Made by a program: the position numbers and the translations under genes. From an uncultured Candidatus Rokubacteria bacterium (GTDB lineage Bacteria > Methylomirabilota > Methylomirabilia > Rokubacteriales > DASRDR01), in contig CAVPSB010000009.1 in NCBI GenBank assembly GCA_963708025.1, positions 1 through 54,677 of the forward strand: a stretch of 54,677 nucleotides of DNA, given 5' to 3'. The notes beneath the pieces were generated by a model. That model was not told the DNA's origin, searched no databases, and saw only the letters and a list, made by a program, of their open reading frames with translations. Of this stretch, positions 1 through 8,297 are shown piece after piece; position 1 is the stretch's first letter; each line of letters opens with the position of its first letter.

Positions 1-356
1 CAGCGGCGTCGTACGGTCCCACCGGCCGGCAGACCGACGTGCAAGCCCCGGTATCCGGGCAAGGGCACGCCGCGCACCAGCCCCAGCCCCGGGTCGGGAT
101 CCCGGCCGCGGCCATCGAGCGTCGGGCGAAAGGGACGGAGGACCGACACCGCGTGGCCGCGGGCCCTCAGCCCGCTCACCAGGCGCGCGAGGGTCAGCGC
201 CACGCCGTTGACCTCGGGCGGATAGGTGTCGGTCACGATGCAGATGTGGCGTCGAAGCGTCGCAGTGGACCGAGACGTGAGACCGGAAGGCTCGCGCCGC
301 CGTGTCGCCGCCGCGTCCGGCTCAACCATCGATCGAGTGTGAACGGGGTGTTCCAT
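1..356 (-). CDS. GT4 glycosyltransferase, N-terminal part (runs off window start)
   Basis: Manual minus-strand translation gives ...HICIVTDTYPPEVNGVALTLARLVSGLRARGHAVSV...GVPLPGY, a GT4 N-terminal signature. Not in the ORF track. Start is ATG 356 or 329. Confidence 0.8.
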   Translation of the reverse strand, partial: MEHPVHTRSMVEPDAAATRRREPSGLTSRSTATLRRHICIVTDTYPPEVNGVALTLARLVSGLRARGHAVSVLRPFRPTLDGRGRDPDPGLGLVRGVPLPGYRGLHVGLPAGGTVRRR

Positions 357-549
357 CTCTCGAGAGGCCGCGCCTCGCGACCATTCTTACCAACGAGGGC
401 GGTGGACCCACCGTGAAGAATCGGCTACCGGATGATTGCTCTTTCGCGGCGGCCTCCGCTCCGTTGGCCACGCGCGGTCATGCGCCCGGTGACGGCACAT
501 CCCGCCGCCCGGTAGCCCGAGCGGCGCCGCCCTGACCGAGGACCCCGTC

Positions 550-607
550 GAGTCGTGCGTTCGTCACGGTCTTGTGATGACAACGTAACCGTCACCCCGC
601 TTACCAT
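550..607 (+). promoter_or_regulatory. Pho-box array and -10 upstream of pstS
   Basis: GTCGT 552, GTCAC 563, GTGAT 574, GTAAC 585 (11-bp period); TACCAT at 602. Confidence 0.7.
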
Positions 608-691
608 CGGGCGAGATGCCGCGCGCCGTGAGGCCGCGGTGGAGTCCCTCGTGCCAACCGTCTCGACATGCTCAGCCACGGAGGTCCCGTC

Positions 692-1726
692 GTGAAGCCT
701 CGATCGATCGCTCTGCTGGTTCTCGGTCTCGGCCTGGCGGTCATGGCCATCACCCCCGCCGCCGGGCAGGATCGCCTGCGGCTCACCGGATCGGGCGCGA
801 GCTTCCCGTTCCCTCTCTACTCGGCCTGGTTCAAGTCGTTCGGCAGCAAGCACAAGAGCGTCACCGTCGACTACCAGGCCAAGGGCAGCGGGGCGGGGAT
901 CCAGGACTTCATCAACCGGACAGTGGACTTCGCCGCCAGCGACGCGGCCATGACCGACGAGGAGATGGCCAAGGTGCCCGGCGGCGTCCAGCTCTTGCCG
1001 ATGACCGGCGGCGAGATCGTGCTCGGCTACAACCTCCCCGGGAACCCCAAAGGCTTGAAGCTGCCCCGTGACGTGTACGCCGGCATCTTCCTCGGCAAGA
1101 TCACCAAGTGGAGCGACCCGAAGCTGAAAGCGGCCAATCCCGGCCTCACGCTGCCGGACACGGACATCACCGTCGTGCGGCGGGCCGACGCCAGCGGAAC
1201 CACCTTCGTGTTCACGAACCATCTGAGCGCCATCAGCGACGAGTGGAAGAAGGGACCCGGGGTGGGGACGACCGTCAACTGGCCGAAGAGCGACAAGTTC
1301 GTGGCCTCGCCCAAGAACGACGGCGTCAGCGCCACCATCAAGCAGACCCCCGGCGCGGTCGGCTACGTCGAGTATGCCTTCGCCAAGTTCGCGAAGCTGG
1401 AGGTCGCGCTCCTGCAGAACCGGGCGGGACAGTTCGTCGCCCCCGGCGGCGAGGGGGGGGCCGAGGCCCTCGCCAACGTCAAGCTCCCGGCCGACCTGCG
1501 CGCCTGGGTGACGGACCCCGAGGGCCCCAAGTCCTACCCGATCGCCACCTACACGTGGATGCTCTTCTACAAGGACAACAAGGACCCCAAGAAGGCGGCG
1601 GCGCTGCGTGAGCTCGTGGACTACTGCCTGGCGGAAGGGCAGAAGATGAGCGAGCAGATGGGATACATCCCGCTCCCGGCGACCGTCGTCGGCGCCGTCA
1701 AGAAGGCCAGCAGCAGCATCCAGTGA
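692..1726 (+). CDS. pstS: Phosphate ABC transporter substrate-binding protein
   Basis: GSGASFP, GSGAG, DFAASD, RADASGTT motifs and a signal peptide. GTG 692 follows GGAGG (ORF track starts at 668). Confidence 0.95.
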   Translation: MKPRSIALLVLGLGLAVMAITPAAGQDRLRLTGSGASFPFPLYSAWFKSFGSKHKSVTVDYQAKGSGAGIQDFINRTVDFAASDAAMTDEEMAKVPGGVQLLPMTGGEIVLGYNLPGNPKGLKLPRDVYAGIFLGKITKWSDPKLKAANPGLTLPDTDITVVRRADASGTTFVFTNHLSAISDEWKKGPGVGTTVNWPKSDKFVASPKNDGVSATIKQTPGAVGYVEYAFAKFAKLEVALLQNRAGQFVAPGGEGGAEALANVKLPADLRAWVTDPEGPKSYPIATYTWMLFYKDNKDPKKAAALRELVDYCLAEGQKMSEQMGYIPLPATVVGAVKKASSSIQ

Positions 1727-2727
1727 TGGATGCCCCGGGCGACTCGACCGCGACCCTGAAGGATGCCGGGTTCGCGCCGGCGGGCCGGGCTGGCTCGATC
1801 TCGGGCCCGCCCTCCACGTGGGACTACGCCGCCGACCGGGCGTTCCGGGCCCTCGCCCAAGGGGGGGCCTGGCTGATCCTGCTCGTCCTGGCCGCCATCC
1901 TGTGGGAGATCGGCAGCAAGGCCTGGCCCGGCATCCGCGACTACGGCTTCGGCTTCCTCACGTCCACCACCTGGGACGCCAACAAGAACCAGTTCGGCAT
2001 CCTGCCCGAGATCTGGGGGACGCTGTACAGCTCCTTCCTCGCCTTGCTGATCGGTGGGTTCTTCGGGGTGGTCATGGCGATCTTCCTCACCCAGGACTTC
2101 CTCCCGCCCCGGATGGCCCTGGTGTTCCGGACCGTCGTCGAGCTGCTGGCGGCCATCCCCAGCGTGGTGTACGGGCTGTGGGGCCTGTACGTCGTCGTGC
2201 CCACGATGCGGCCGGTGGCCGACTGGCTGTACGGGCGGCTCGGCTGGATCCCGTTCTTCGGCACGACCCTCAGCGGGCCGGGCCTGGCCCCCGCTGCCCT
2301 GGTGCTCGCGATCATGGTGCTGCCGACGGTCGCCGCCGTCTCTCAGGACGCGCTCCGCCTGGTCCCGTACAAGGTGAAGGAGGCGGCCTACGGGCTGGGC
2401 ACCACCCGCTGGGAGGCCATCCTGAAGGTGATGCTGCCGGCGGCCTCGACCGGCATCTTCGGCGCCCTCGTGCTGGGGTTCGGCCGGGCGCTCGGCGAGA
2501 CGATGGCCCTGGCCATGCTCATCGGCAACTCGAACCAGCTCGCGCTGTCGCTCTTCTCGCCCGCCAACACGCTGGCCGCGCTGCTCGCCCTGAACTTCCC
2601 GGAGGCCGGCCCGCGACAGGTGCAGGTGCTGATGTACGCGGCGCTGGCCCTGCTCGCCATCACCCTCCTGGTCAACCTCGCCGGCGAGGCCATCATGCGG
2701 CTCTCCTCGAAAGAGGTCCGGAAGTGA
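1726..2727 (+). CDS. pstC: Phosphate ABC permease
   Basis: ELLAAIPSVVYGLWG and GRALGETMA; overlaps the pstS stop. Confidence 0.95.
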   Translation: MDAPGDSTATLKDAGFAPAGRAGSISGPPSTWDYAADRAFRALAQGGAWLILLVLAAILWEIGSKAWPGIRDYGFGFLTSTTWDANKNQFGILPEIWGTLYSSFLALLIGGFFGVVMAIFLTQDFLPPRMALVFRTVVELLAAIPSVVYGLWGLYVVVPTMRPVADWLYGRLGWIPFFGTTLSGPGLAPAALVLAIMVLPTVAAVSQDALRLVPYKVKEAAYGLGTTRWEAILKVMLPAASTGIFGALVLGFGRALGETMALAMLIGNSNQLALSLFSPANTLAALLALNFPEAGPRQVQVLMYAALALLAITLLVNLAGEAIMRLSSKEVRK

Positions 2728-3635
2728 GCGAGCGCGACGTCGCGGTGGCGCCGCCGGCGCCCGTCGCGTTCCCCAGTCTGCAGCGGTCCACGCTGGAGCG
2801 GCGCGCGCTGCGCAGCTTCCTCCTGACCGCCGGCATCTGGGCGGCGGCGATCGTGGCCGCCATCCCGCTGGTGTCGGTGCTGTACATGCTGATCGTGCGG
2901 GGCTGGTCGCGGCTCAGCTGGGAGCTCTTCACCGAGCTGCCGCCGGCGGGCTTCGAGGTGGGCGGGGGATTCGGCAACGCCATCGTGGGCACCCTGGTGA
3001 TGGTCGGGATCGCGACCCTCATCAGCATCCCGGTGGGCATTCTCGCCGCCGTGTTCCTGGCCGAGCTGGGACCGGACAGCCAGCTGGCCCGGGCGACGCG
3101 CTTCGCGGCCAAGACGCTGACCGGGCTGCCCTCCATCCTGGCCGGCGTGTTCGCCTACGCCGCGGTCGTGCTGGTGACCGGCAGCTACTCGGCGCCGGCC
3201 GGCGGCCTGGCCCTGGCCGTCCTGATGCTGCCCACCGTCATCCTGACAGCCGAGGAAGCCATGAAGACGGTGCCCCGGATCACCAAGGACGCGGCCTACG
3301 GGATGGGCTGCACCCGGAGCCAGGTGATCTGGAAGGTCGTGCTGCCCACCGCCATGCCGGGCATCCTGACCGGTGTGATGCTGGCGGTGGCCCGGGCGGC
3401 CGGCGAGACGGCGCCGCTCCTGTTCACCGCCCTCTTCAGCAGCTACTGGCTGTTCGAGGGCGGCCGCCCCCATCTGATGCAGCCCACCGCCTCGCTGGCC
3501 GTGCTGATCTTCAACTTCTCGGGCATGCCGTTCGACAACCAGATCCAGCTGGCGTGGGCCGCCTCGCTGGTCCTCGTGCTGCTCGTGCTGGTCATCAACG
3601 TACTCAGCCGGCTGATCGGCCAGCGCCGGATCTGA
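2724..3635 (+). CDS. pstA: Phosphate ABC permease
   Basis: GLPSILAG and ARAAGETAPLLFT; GTGA overlap with pstC. Confidence 0.95.
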   Translation: MSERDVAVAPPAPVAFPSLQRSTLERRALRSFLLTAGIWAAAIVAAIPLVSVLYMLIVRGWSRLSWELFTELPPAGFEVGGGFGNAIVGTLVMVGIATLISIPVGILAAVFLAELGPDSQLARATRFAAKTLTGLPSILAGVFAYAAVVLVTGSYSAPAGGLALAVLMLPTVILTAEEAMKTVPRITKDAAYGMGCTRSQVIWKVVLPTAMPGILTGVMLAVARAAGETAPLLFTALFSSYWLFEGGRPHLMQPTASLAVLIFNFSGMPFDNQIQLAWAASLVLVLLVLVINVLSRLIGQRRI

Positions 3636-3653
3636 GCAAGGAGGTCACAGGCG

Positions 3654-4487
3654 ATGAGTCCGCTGCGACCCGCGAACACCCCGGAGCCCGGACCGAACGG
3701 CGGGCCGGGACGCTCCGACGTCGTGATCGACTGCCAGCTGCGAGAGGTCTACTACGGCAGCTTCCTCGCCGTCCGGGACAGCCACGTGCAGATCGAGCGG
3801 GGGAAGATCACCGGCTTCATCGGCCCCTCGGGGTGCGGCAAGAGCACGGTCCTCCGGAGCCTCAACCGGATGAACGACCTGATCCGCGGCTTTCGCATCA
3901 AAGGCAACGTCCACTTCCACGGGCAGGACGTGTACGGCCGCGGAGTGGATCCCGTCGCCGTGCGCCGGCACATCGGCATGGTCTTCCAGCAGCCGAATCC
4001 GTTCGCGATGAGCATCTTCGACAACGTGGCCTTCGGCCTCCGGCTCAACCGGTACCGGGGGAACATGGCCGAGCGGGTGGAGCAGGCGCTGAGGAAGTCG
4101 GCGCTCTGGGACGAGGTGAAGGACAAGCTCAAGAACAACGGGCTGTCCCTCTCCGGCGGCCAGCAGCAGCGCCTGTGCATCGCCCGGGCCGTGGCCACCG
4201 AGCCGGCGGTGCTCCTCATGGACGAGCCCTGCTCGGCCCTGGACCCGATCGCGACCCGGCGCATCGAGGAGCTGATGGTCCAGCTGAAGGCCAACTACAC
4301 GATCGCGATCGTCACCCACAACATGCAGCAGGCCCAGCGGGTCGCCGACACGACCGCGTTCTTCTCGGTGGACATCTCCAAGGGGAACCGGACCGGCTAT
4401 CTCGTCGAGACCGGCCCCACCAAGCAGCTCTTCGACAGCCCGCGCGAGCAGATGACCAAGGAGTACGTCACGGGCCAGTTCAGCTGA
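3654..4487 (+). CDS. pstB: Phosphate ABC ATPase
   Basis: [39 protein letters not shown]. Confidence 0.97.
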   Translation: MSPLRPANTPEPGPNGGPGRSDVVIDCQLREVYYGSFLAVRDSHVQIERGKITGFIGPSGCGKSTVLRSLNRMNDLIRGFRIKGNVHFHGQDVYGRGVDPVAVRRHIGMVFQQPNPFAMSIFDNVAFGLRLNRYRGNMAERVEQALRKSALWDEVKDKLKNNGLSLSGGQQQRLCIARAVATEPAVLLMDEPCSALDPIATRRIEELMVQLKANYTIAIVTHNMQQAQRVADTTAFFSVDISKGNRTGYLVETGPTKQLFDSPREQMTKEYVTGQFS

Positions 4488-5569
4488 TGCCGCCGGGGGA
4501 CATCGCCGTGGGTGCGGGAGCTGCGCTGGTGGCCGTCCTCGCCGCCGGGTGGCTGGCGGCGGGCCTGCCGGCGCACGGCCAGGAGGCCGGCCGGCCGGGG
4601 GCGCCCGGCGCCCCGGTCGTGGTGCACGGGGCCGGGGCGACGTTTCCGGCTCCTCTCTACGAGAAGTGGATCGCGACGTTCCGGCGGCAGAACCCGGACC
4701 TGACGATCACGTACGACGTGGTGGGAAGCGGCGAGGGCACGAAGCGCTTCCTGGCCAATGCCGTCGATTTCGGCGCCAGCGACGCGGCGCTGAGCGACGA
4801 GCAGCTGGCCAGCGTCAAGCCGGGCGCCCAGCTGGTGCCGGTCACGGCCGGGATCGTCGTGCTCGCCTACAACCTGCCGGGGCTGGGCGGAGAGCTGCAG
4901 TTCAGCCGTGACGTCTACGTGGACATCTTCGGAGGCCGGATCCGGACCTGGAACGATCCGCGGATCCGGGCGGACAACCCCGGCCTCGCGCTTCCCAACC
5001 GCAGCATCGCCACGGTGGTGCGCCAGGACGGGAGCGGAACGACCTACGCCTTGACGGCGCACCTGAGCGCGGTGAGCCCGGCGTGGCGCGACCGGGGGGC
5101 GGGCGCCGGCACGCTCGTGAGCTGGCCGGGCAGCGCCATGCGGGCGCGCGGCAACGAGGGGGTGGCCGGGCGCATCAAGGTCAGCGAGGGGTCCATCGGG
5201 TACGTGGAGTATCACTTCGCCAAGCGGCTGGGGCTGCCCATGGCCCGGATCCAGAACCGGGCCGGTCGATTCGTGGCGCCGAGCGAGAGCAGCGGGCAGG
5301 TCGCCCTGGCCGGCAACGTGAAGCAGATGCCCGCCAACCTGCGCCTCTTCCTCCCGGACCCGGAAGGTCAGGATGCTTACCCGATCGTGACGCTGAGCTG
5401 GCTCCTGCTCTACGAGCGGTATCCGGATCCGGGCAAGAGCGCGGCCCTGAAGCGGTTCGTGTCGTGGGGTCTCACCGAGGGCCAGGCGTACAGCCGCGAG
5501 CTGGGCTACATCCCCTTGCCCGACGAGGTCGCGTCTCGGTCCCTCGCGGCGCTGGATCGGATCCGGTGA
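4487..5569 (+). CDS. pstS: Second phosphate-binding protein
   Basis: GAGATFPAPLY, GSGEG, DFGASD, RQDGSGTT; TGATG overlap with pstB. Confidence 0.92.
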   Translation: MPPGDIAVGAGAALVAVLAAGWLAAGLPAHGQEAGRPGAPGAPVVVHGAGATFPAPLYEKWIATFRRQNPDLTITYDVVGSGEGTKRFLANAVDFGASDAALSDEQLASVKPGAQLVPVTAGIVVLAYNLPGLGGELQFSRDVYVDIFGGRIRTWNDPRIRADNPGLALPNRSIATVVRQDGSGTTYALTAHLSAVSPAWRDRGAGAGTLVSWPGSAMRARGNEGVAGRIKVSEGSIGYVEYHFAKRLGLPMARIQNRAGRFVAPSESSGQVALAGNVKQMPANLRLFLPDPEGQDAYPIVTLSWLLLYERYPDPGKSAALKRFVSWGLTEGQAYSRELGYIPLPDEVASRSLAALDRIR

Positions 5570-5670
5570 CCGGCCGCCCGGGGTCGCCGGGAACACGCGA
5601 GCGGGCGGGCCAGCGCTGAGACACCTCGAGACCCCCGGCCCCCCCGTGGGGGGCGCCTCCCCCCGGTAGC

Positions 5671-6357
5671 GTGGACTCTCGGGGGCGCGCGGAGGGCGGC
5701 CCGACCGCCACGCGCATAGACCTCGCCGCCGTCGAGGCCTCCCTGCGCCGGGTGCAGCGGGGATTCGAGACCATCAACGCCCGACTGAGCGCCCGCCGCG
5801 AGCCGATGAGTGACCCCGTGGTCGAGAACATGCTCGCCGGGTACGGGTTCGTCGACGGGCTGGTGGTCGCCGGGATCGACCTGTTCGCCCTGGGCAACCT
5901 GAAGTACCTGCTGGAGCTGAACACCATCGTGCTGTGCGGGACGGACCCGCTCCGGCGGGAGCGGTACGCGCGGCACATCGAGGCGACCGAGCGACACTTC
6001 TACGAGGAACGGGAAGGCGGGATCCAGGACGTCGTCGAATGGTACGCCGCCCACCAGCAGGAGTCGGCCTGGAGCCGCGCCGCCGGCGCCTACGTGCGCA
6101 TCCTCAGCAAGCCCCAGCTGTTCATCGAGGGGAATCACCGCACCGGAGCGCTGGTCATGAGCCACATCCTGCTCGAGGATGGGCAGCCCCCGTTCGTGCT
6201 CTCCGTCGAGAACGCCGACTTCTACTTCAACCCGTCACTGGCAGTCAGGGACACCGAGAAGAAGAGCCCGGCCATGCTGTTCCGCTTGCTCGGGGTCAAG
6301 ACGCGGCTGACCGGGCTGCTGCGGGAAACCTCCGATCGGCGGTACCTGCGCGCCTGA
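5671..6357 (+). CDS. Fic/Doc-like protein with degenerate motif
   Basis: QLFIEGNHRTG resembles the Fic motif HPFxxGNGR, with His replaced by Gln. Confidence 0.65.
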   Translation: MDSRGRAEGGPTATRIDLAAVEASLRRVQRGFETINARLSARREPMSDPVVENMLAGYGFVDGLVVAGIDLFALGNLKYLLELNTIVLCGTDPLRRERYARHIEATERHFYEEREGGIQDVVEWYAAHQQESAWSRAAGAYVRILSKPQLFIEGNHRTGALVMSHILLEDGQPPFVLSVENADFYFNPSLAVRDTEKKSPAMLFRLLGVKTRLTGLLRETSDRRYLRA

Positions 6358-6436
6358 GCGGTGTCCGCCGTCGACTCGAAGAGGCGCGTCGTCGGGCGGC
6401 CGCGGTGGGTTGACGGCAAGGCCGACGTGCTACCCG

Positions 6437-8101
6437 TTACGTGAAGTTGCGGGCCCGCGCCAGGTCGAAGGCGTCGTCCACGTCGAGCCAGTCGCCGACG
6501 ACGTAGACCACCCCGACCTCGTGCCCGGCCGCGATCAGCCGGGAGAAGACCTCCAGGAGACTCGCCCGCGCCCGGCTCCCGTCGGCGCCCATGGCCTCGA
6601 GCTCGGCCCGGAGGAGGGCCGAGCCCGGCGCCGAGAGCCGGGCGAGCCCGATCCACTCCCCGTGCGCCTCCGGCGGTGCGAGGTCGTTGCCGATCCGGCG
6701 GAGCGACACCGGCTCCTCGTCGTCCAGGTAGTTGCCGGTGAAGGGACGGGAACAGGCGACCAGGTCCGCGACGCGGTCGGGATCGGCGTCGCGCCGGTTC
6801 CGCCTCAGGGCATCGACCGCCACCACGATGTCGCCCTCGGTGGCGAGCAGGGCATCGAGGAGGTGGCGCCGGAAGAGGATGTCCCCGTAGCTGACCACGC
6901 AGGCCCCCTGGAGGCGGTCCAGCGCGCACGCCAGCGACGCGGCCTCCCCGGTCGTCTCGTAGGCGTCGTTGTCGACGGTGGCGATCCCCGGGACCGTGAT
7001 CGCGTCCTTCCGGTAGCCCCGCACGACCGTGACGTCCCGGACGCCGCAGTCCTTCAGCGTCGACACCAGCCGCTGGAGCAGGGGCGTGCCCCGGACGTCG
7101 ATCATGCACTTCGGGCGATCGGCCGTGAGCGGGCCCAGCGCCGCGCCCCGGGAGGCGGCGATCACCACCGCGCGGCCCGCGCCCCGGGGCGGCGCCAGGT
7201 ACCGGCGCTCCGCCTCCTCCAGCTCGCGGTGGCCCGCCAGCTCGAAGACGTCGCGCACGCCGGCGACCGTGCCCTCGACGCCGACCAGGCTCTCCTCCTG
7301 CCGGATCCGGCGGCTCACCTCTCGCATCGCGGTGATGGCCGCCCGCAGGTTGTGGTTGGCCCAGATGACCATCGAGATGCCGGCCTGGCGGAAGTGCTCG
7401 GTCGGGGTGGCGTAGTACATCGTGGGCACGATGACGAGCGGGCAGCGGTTCCCCCAGGCGGCGGCGAAGGCCAGGATCTCGTCGGCAGTCCGCAGCTTGG
7501 AGTGGATCAGGATCGCGTCGGCACCGGCCGCGTGGTACGCCTCGGCGCGGCGGAGCGCCTCGTCGAGCCCCCACCCCGAGATGAGCGCCTCGACGCGGGC
7601 CACGATGGACATGGCGTCGTCGGGGACGCTGTCCTTGCCCGCCTTGATCTTGCCGCAGAACTCGTCGACGTCGGCCAGCGGCTGGTGCTCGCCCAGGAAG
7701 GAGTTGGTCTTCGGGAAGAGCTTGTCCTCGATGCACACCCCGGCGATGCCGCGCTGGGAGAGCTTCCTGACCAGCCGCCGGACGTTGTTGAAGTTGCCGT
7801 AGCCGGTGTCCCCGTCGACCAGGATCGGGATCGACGTGGCGTCGGCCATGAACTCCAGGACCTCCAGCACCTGCGTCCAGGACGCCTCGTTGTTGTCCCG
7901 GACGCCCAGGGCCGCCGAGATCGACAGGCCCGACGCCCAGATCCCCGTGAACCCGGCCTCCTCCACGATCTTGGCGGAGAGACCGTTGTGCGCCTCCATG
8001 AGGAAGGAAAGACCGGGCGAGTCCAGCTCGGCCCGGAGCCGGGCCGCCCTGGACAGGCCCCGCTGGTCAACGGCGGTCGAGTGGGGCAGCTGGGTCCACA
8101 T
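6437..8101 (-). CDS. aepX: Phosphoenolpyruvate mutase fused to a C-terminal nucleotidyltransferase (PntC/LicC-like)
   Basis: [10 protein letters not shown] matches the Ppm EDKx5NS motif; DGDTGYG. C-terminal [26 protein letters not shown]. Start is ATG 8101 or GTG 8146. Confidence 0.9.
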   Translation of the reverse strand: MWTQLPHSTAVDQRGLSRAARLRAELDSPGLSFLMEAHNGLSAKIVEEAGFTGIWASGLSISAALGVRDNNEASWTQVLEVLEFMADATSIPILVDGDTGYGNFNNVRRLVRKLSQRGIAGVCIEDKLFPKTNSFLGEHQPLADVDEFCGKIKAGKDSVPDDAMSIVARVEALISGWGLDEALRRAEAYHAAGADAILIHSKLRTADEILAFAAAWGNRCPLVIVPTMYYATPTEHFRQAGISMVIWANHNLRAAITAMREVSRRIRQEESLVGVEGTVAGVRDVFELAGHRELEEAERRYLAPPRGAGRAVVIAASRGAALGPLTADRPKCMIDVRGTPLLQRLVSTLKDCGVRDVTVVRGYRKDAITVPGIATVDNDAYETTGEAASLACALDRLQGACVVSYGDILFRRHLLDALLATEGDIVVAVDALRRNRRDADPDRVADLVACSRPFTGNYLDDEEPVSLRRIGNDLAPPEAHGEWIGLARLSAPGSALLRAELEAMGADGSRARASLLEVFSRLIAAGHEVGVVYVVGDWLDVDDAFDLARARNFT

Positions 8102-8193
8102 GCCGGCGTTCGCCTCCGATGTCACCGAAGTCCGCGCCCCCGTCACGCGGCTGTCACAAGATTACACGAAAGGGGCGTGGGGCGGCCCGCCGG

Positions 8194-8249
8194 ACGTCGC
8201 CGAACCTTCACCGCGGGGTCACCGGGACGTAACAGGCCGCCGCTAGGCT
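8194..8249 (+). promoter_or_regulatory. Pho-box array and -10 for phoX
   Basis: GTCGC 8196, TTCAC 8207, GTCAC 8218, GTAAC 8229; TAGGCT at 8244, exactly 10 bp after the last repeat. Confidence 0.8.
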
Positions 8250-8297
8250 CCCGGGGGGGCATCGGCCACGGTTCACCAGAGAGAGAGGAGAGTCACG

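Noticed and set aside
383-430. Possible leftward Pho box for the GT4 gene (GTAGC/TTCAC/TCCAC at 11-bp spacing)
   Set aside because: Units are too degenerate and the -10 is poorly placed
6437-8146. Phosphonopyruvate hydrolase or isocitrate lyase assignment
   Set aside because: EDKx5NS is the PEP mutase motif
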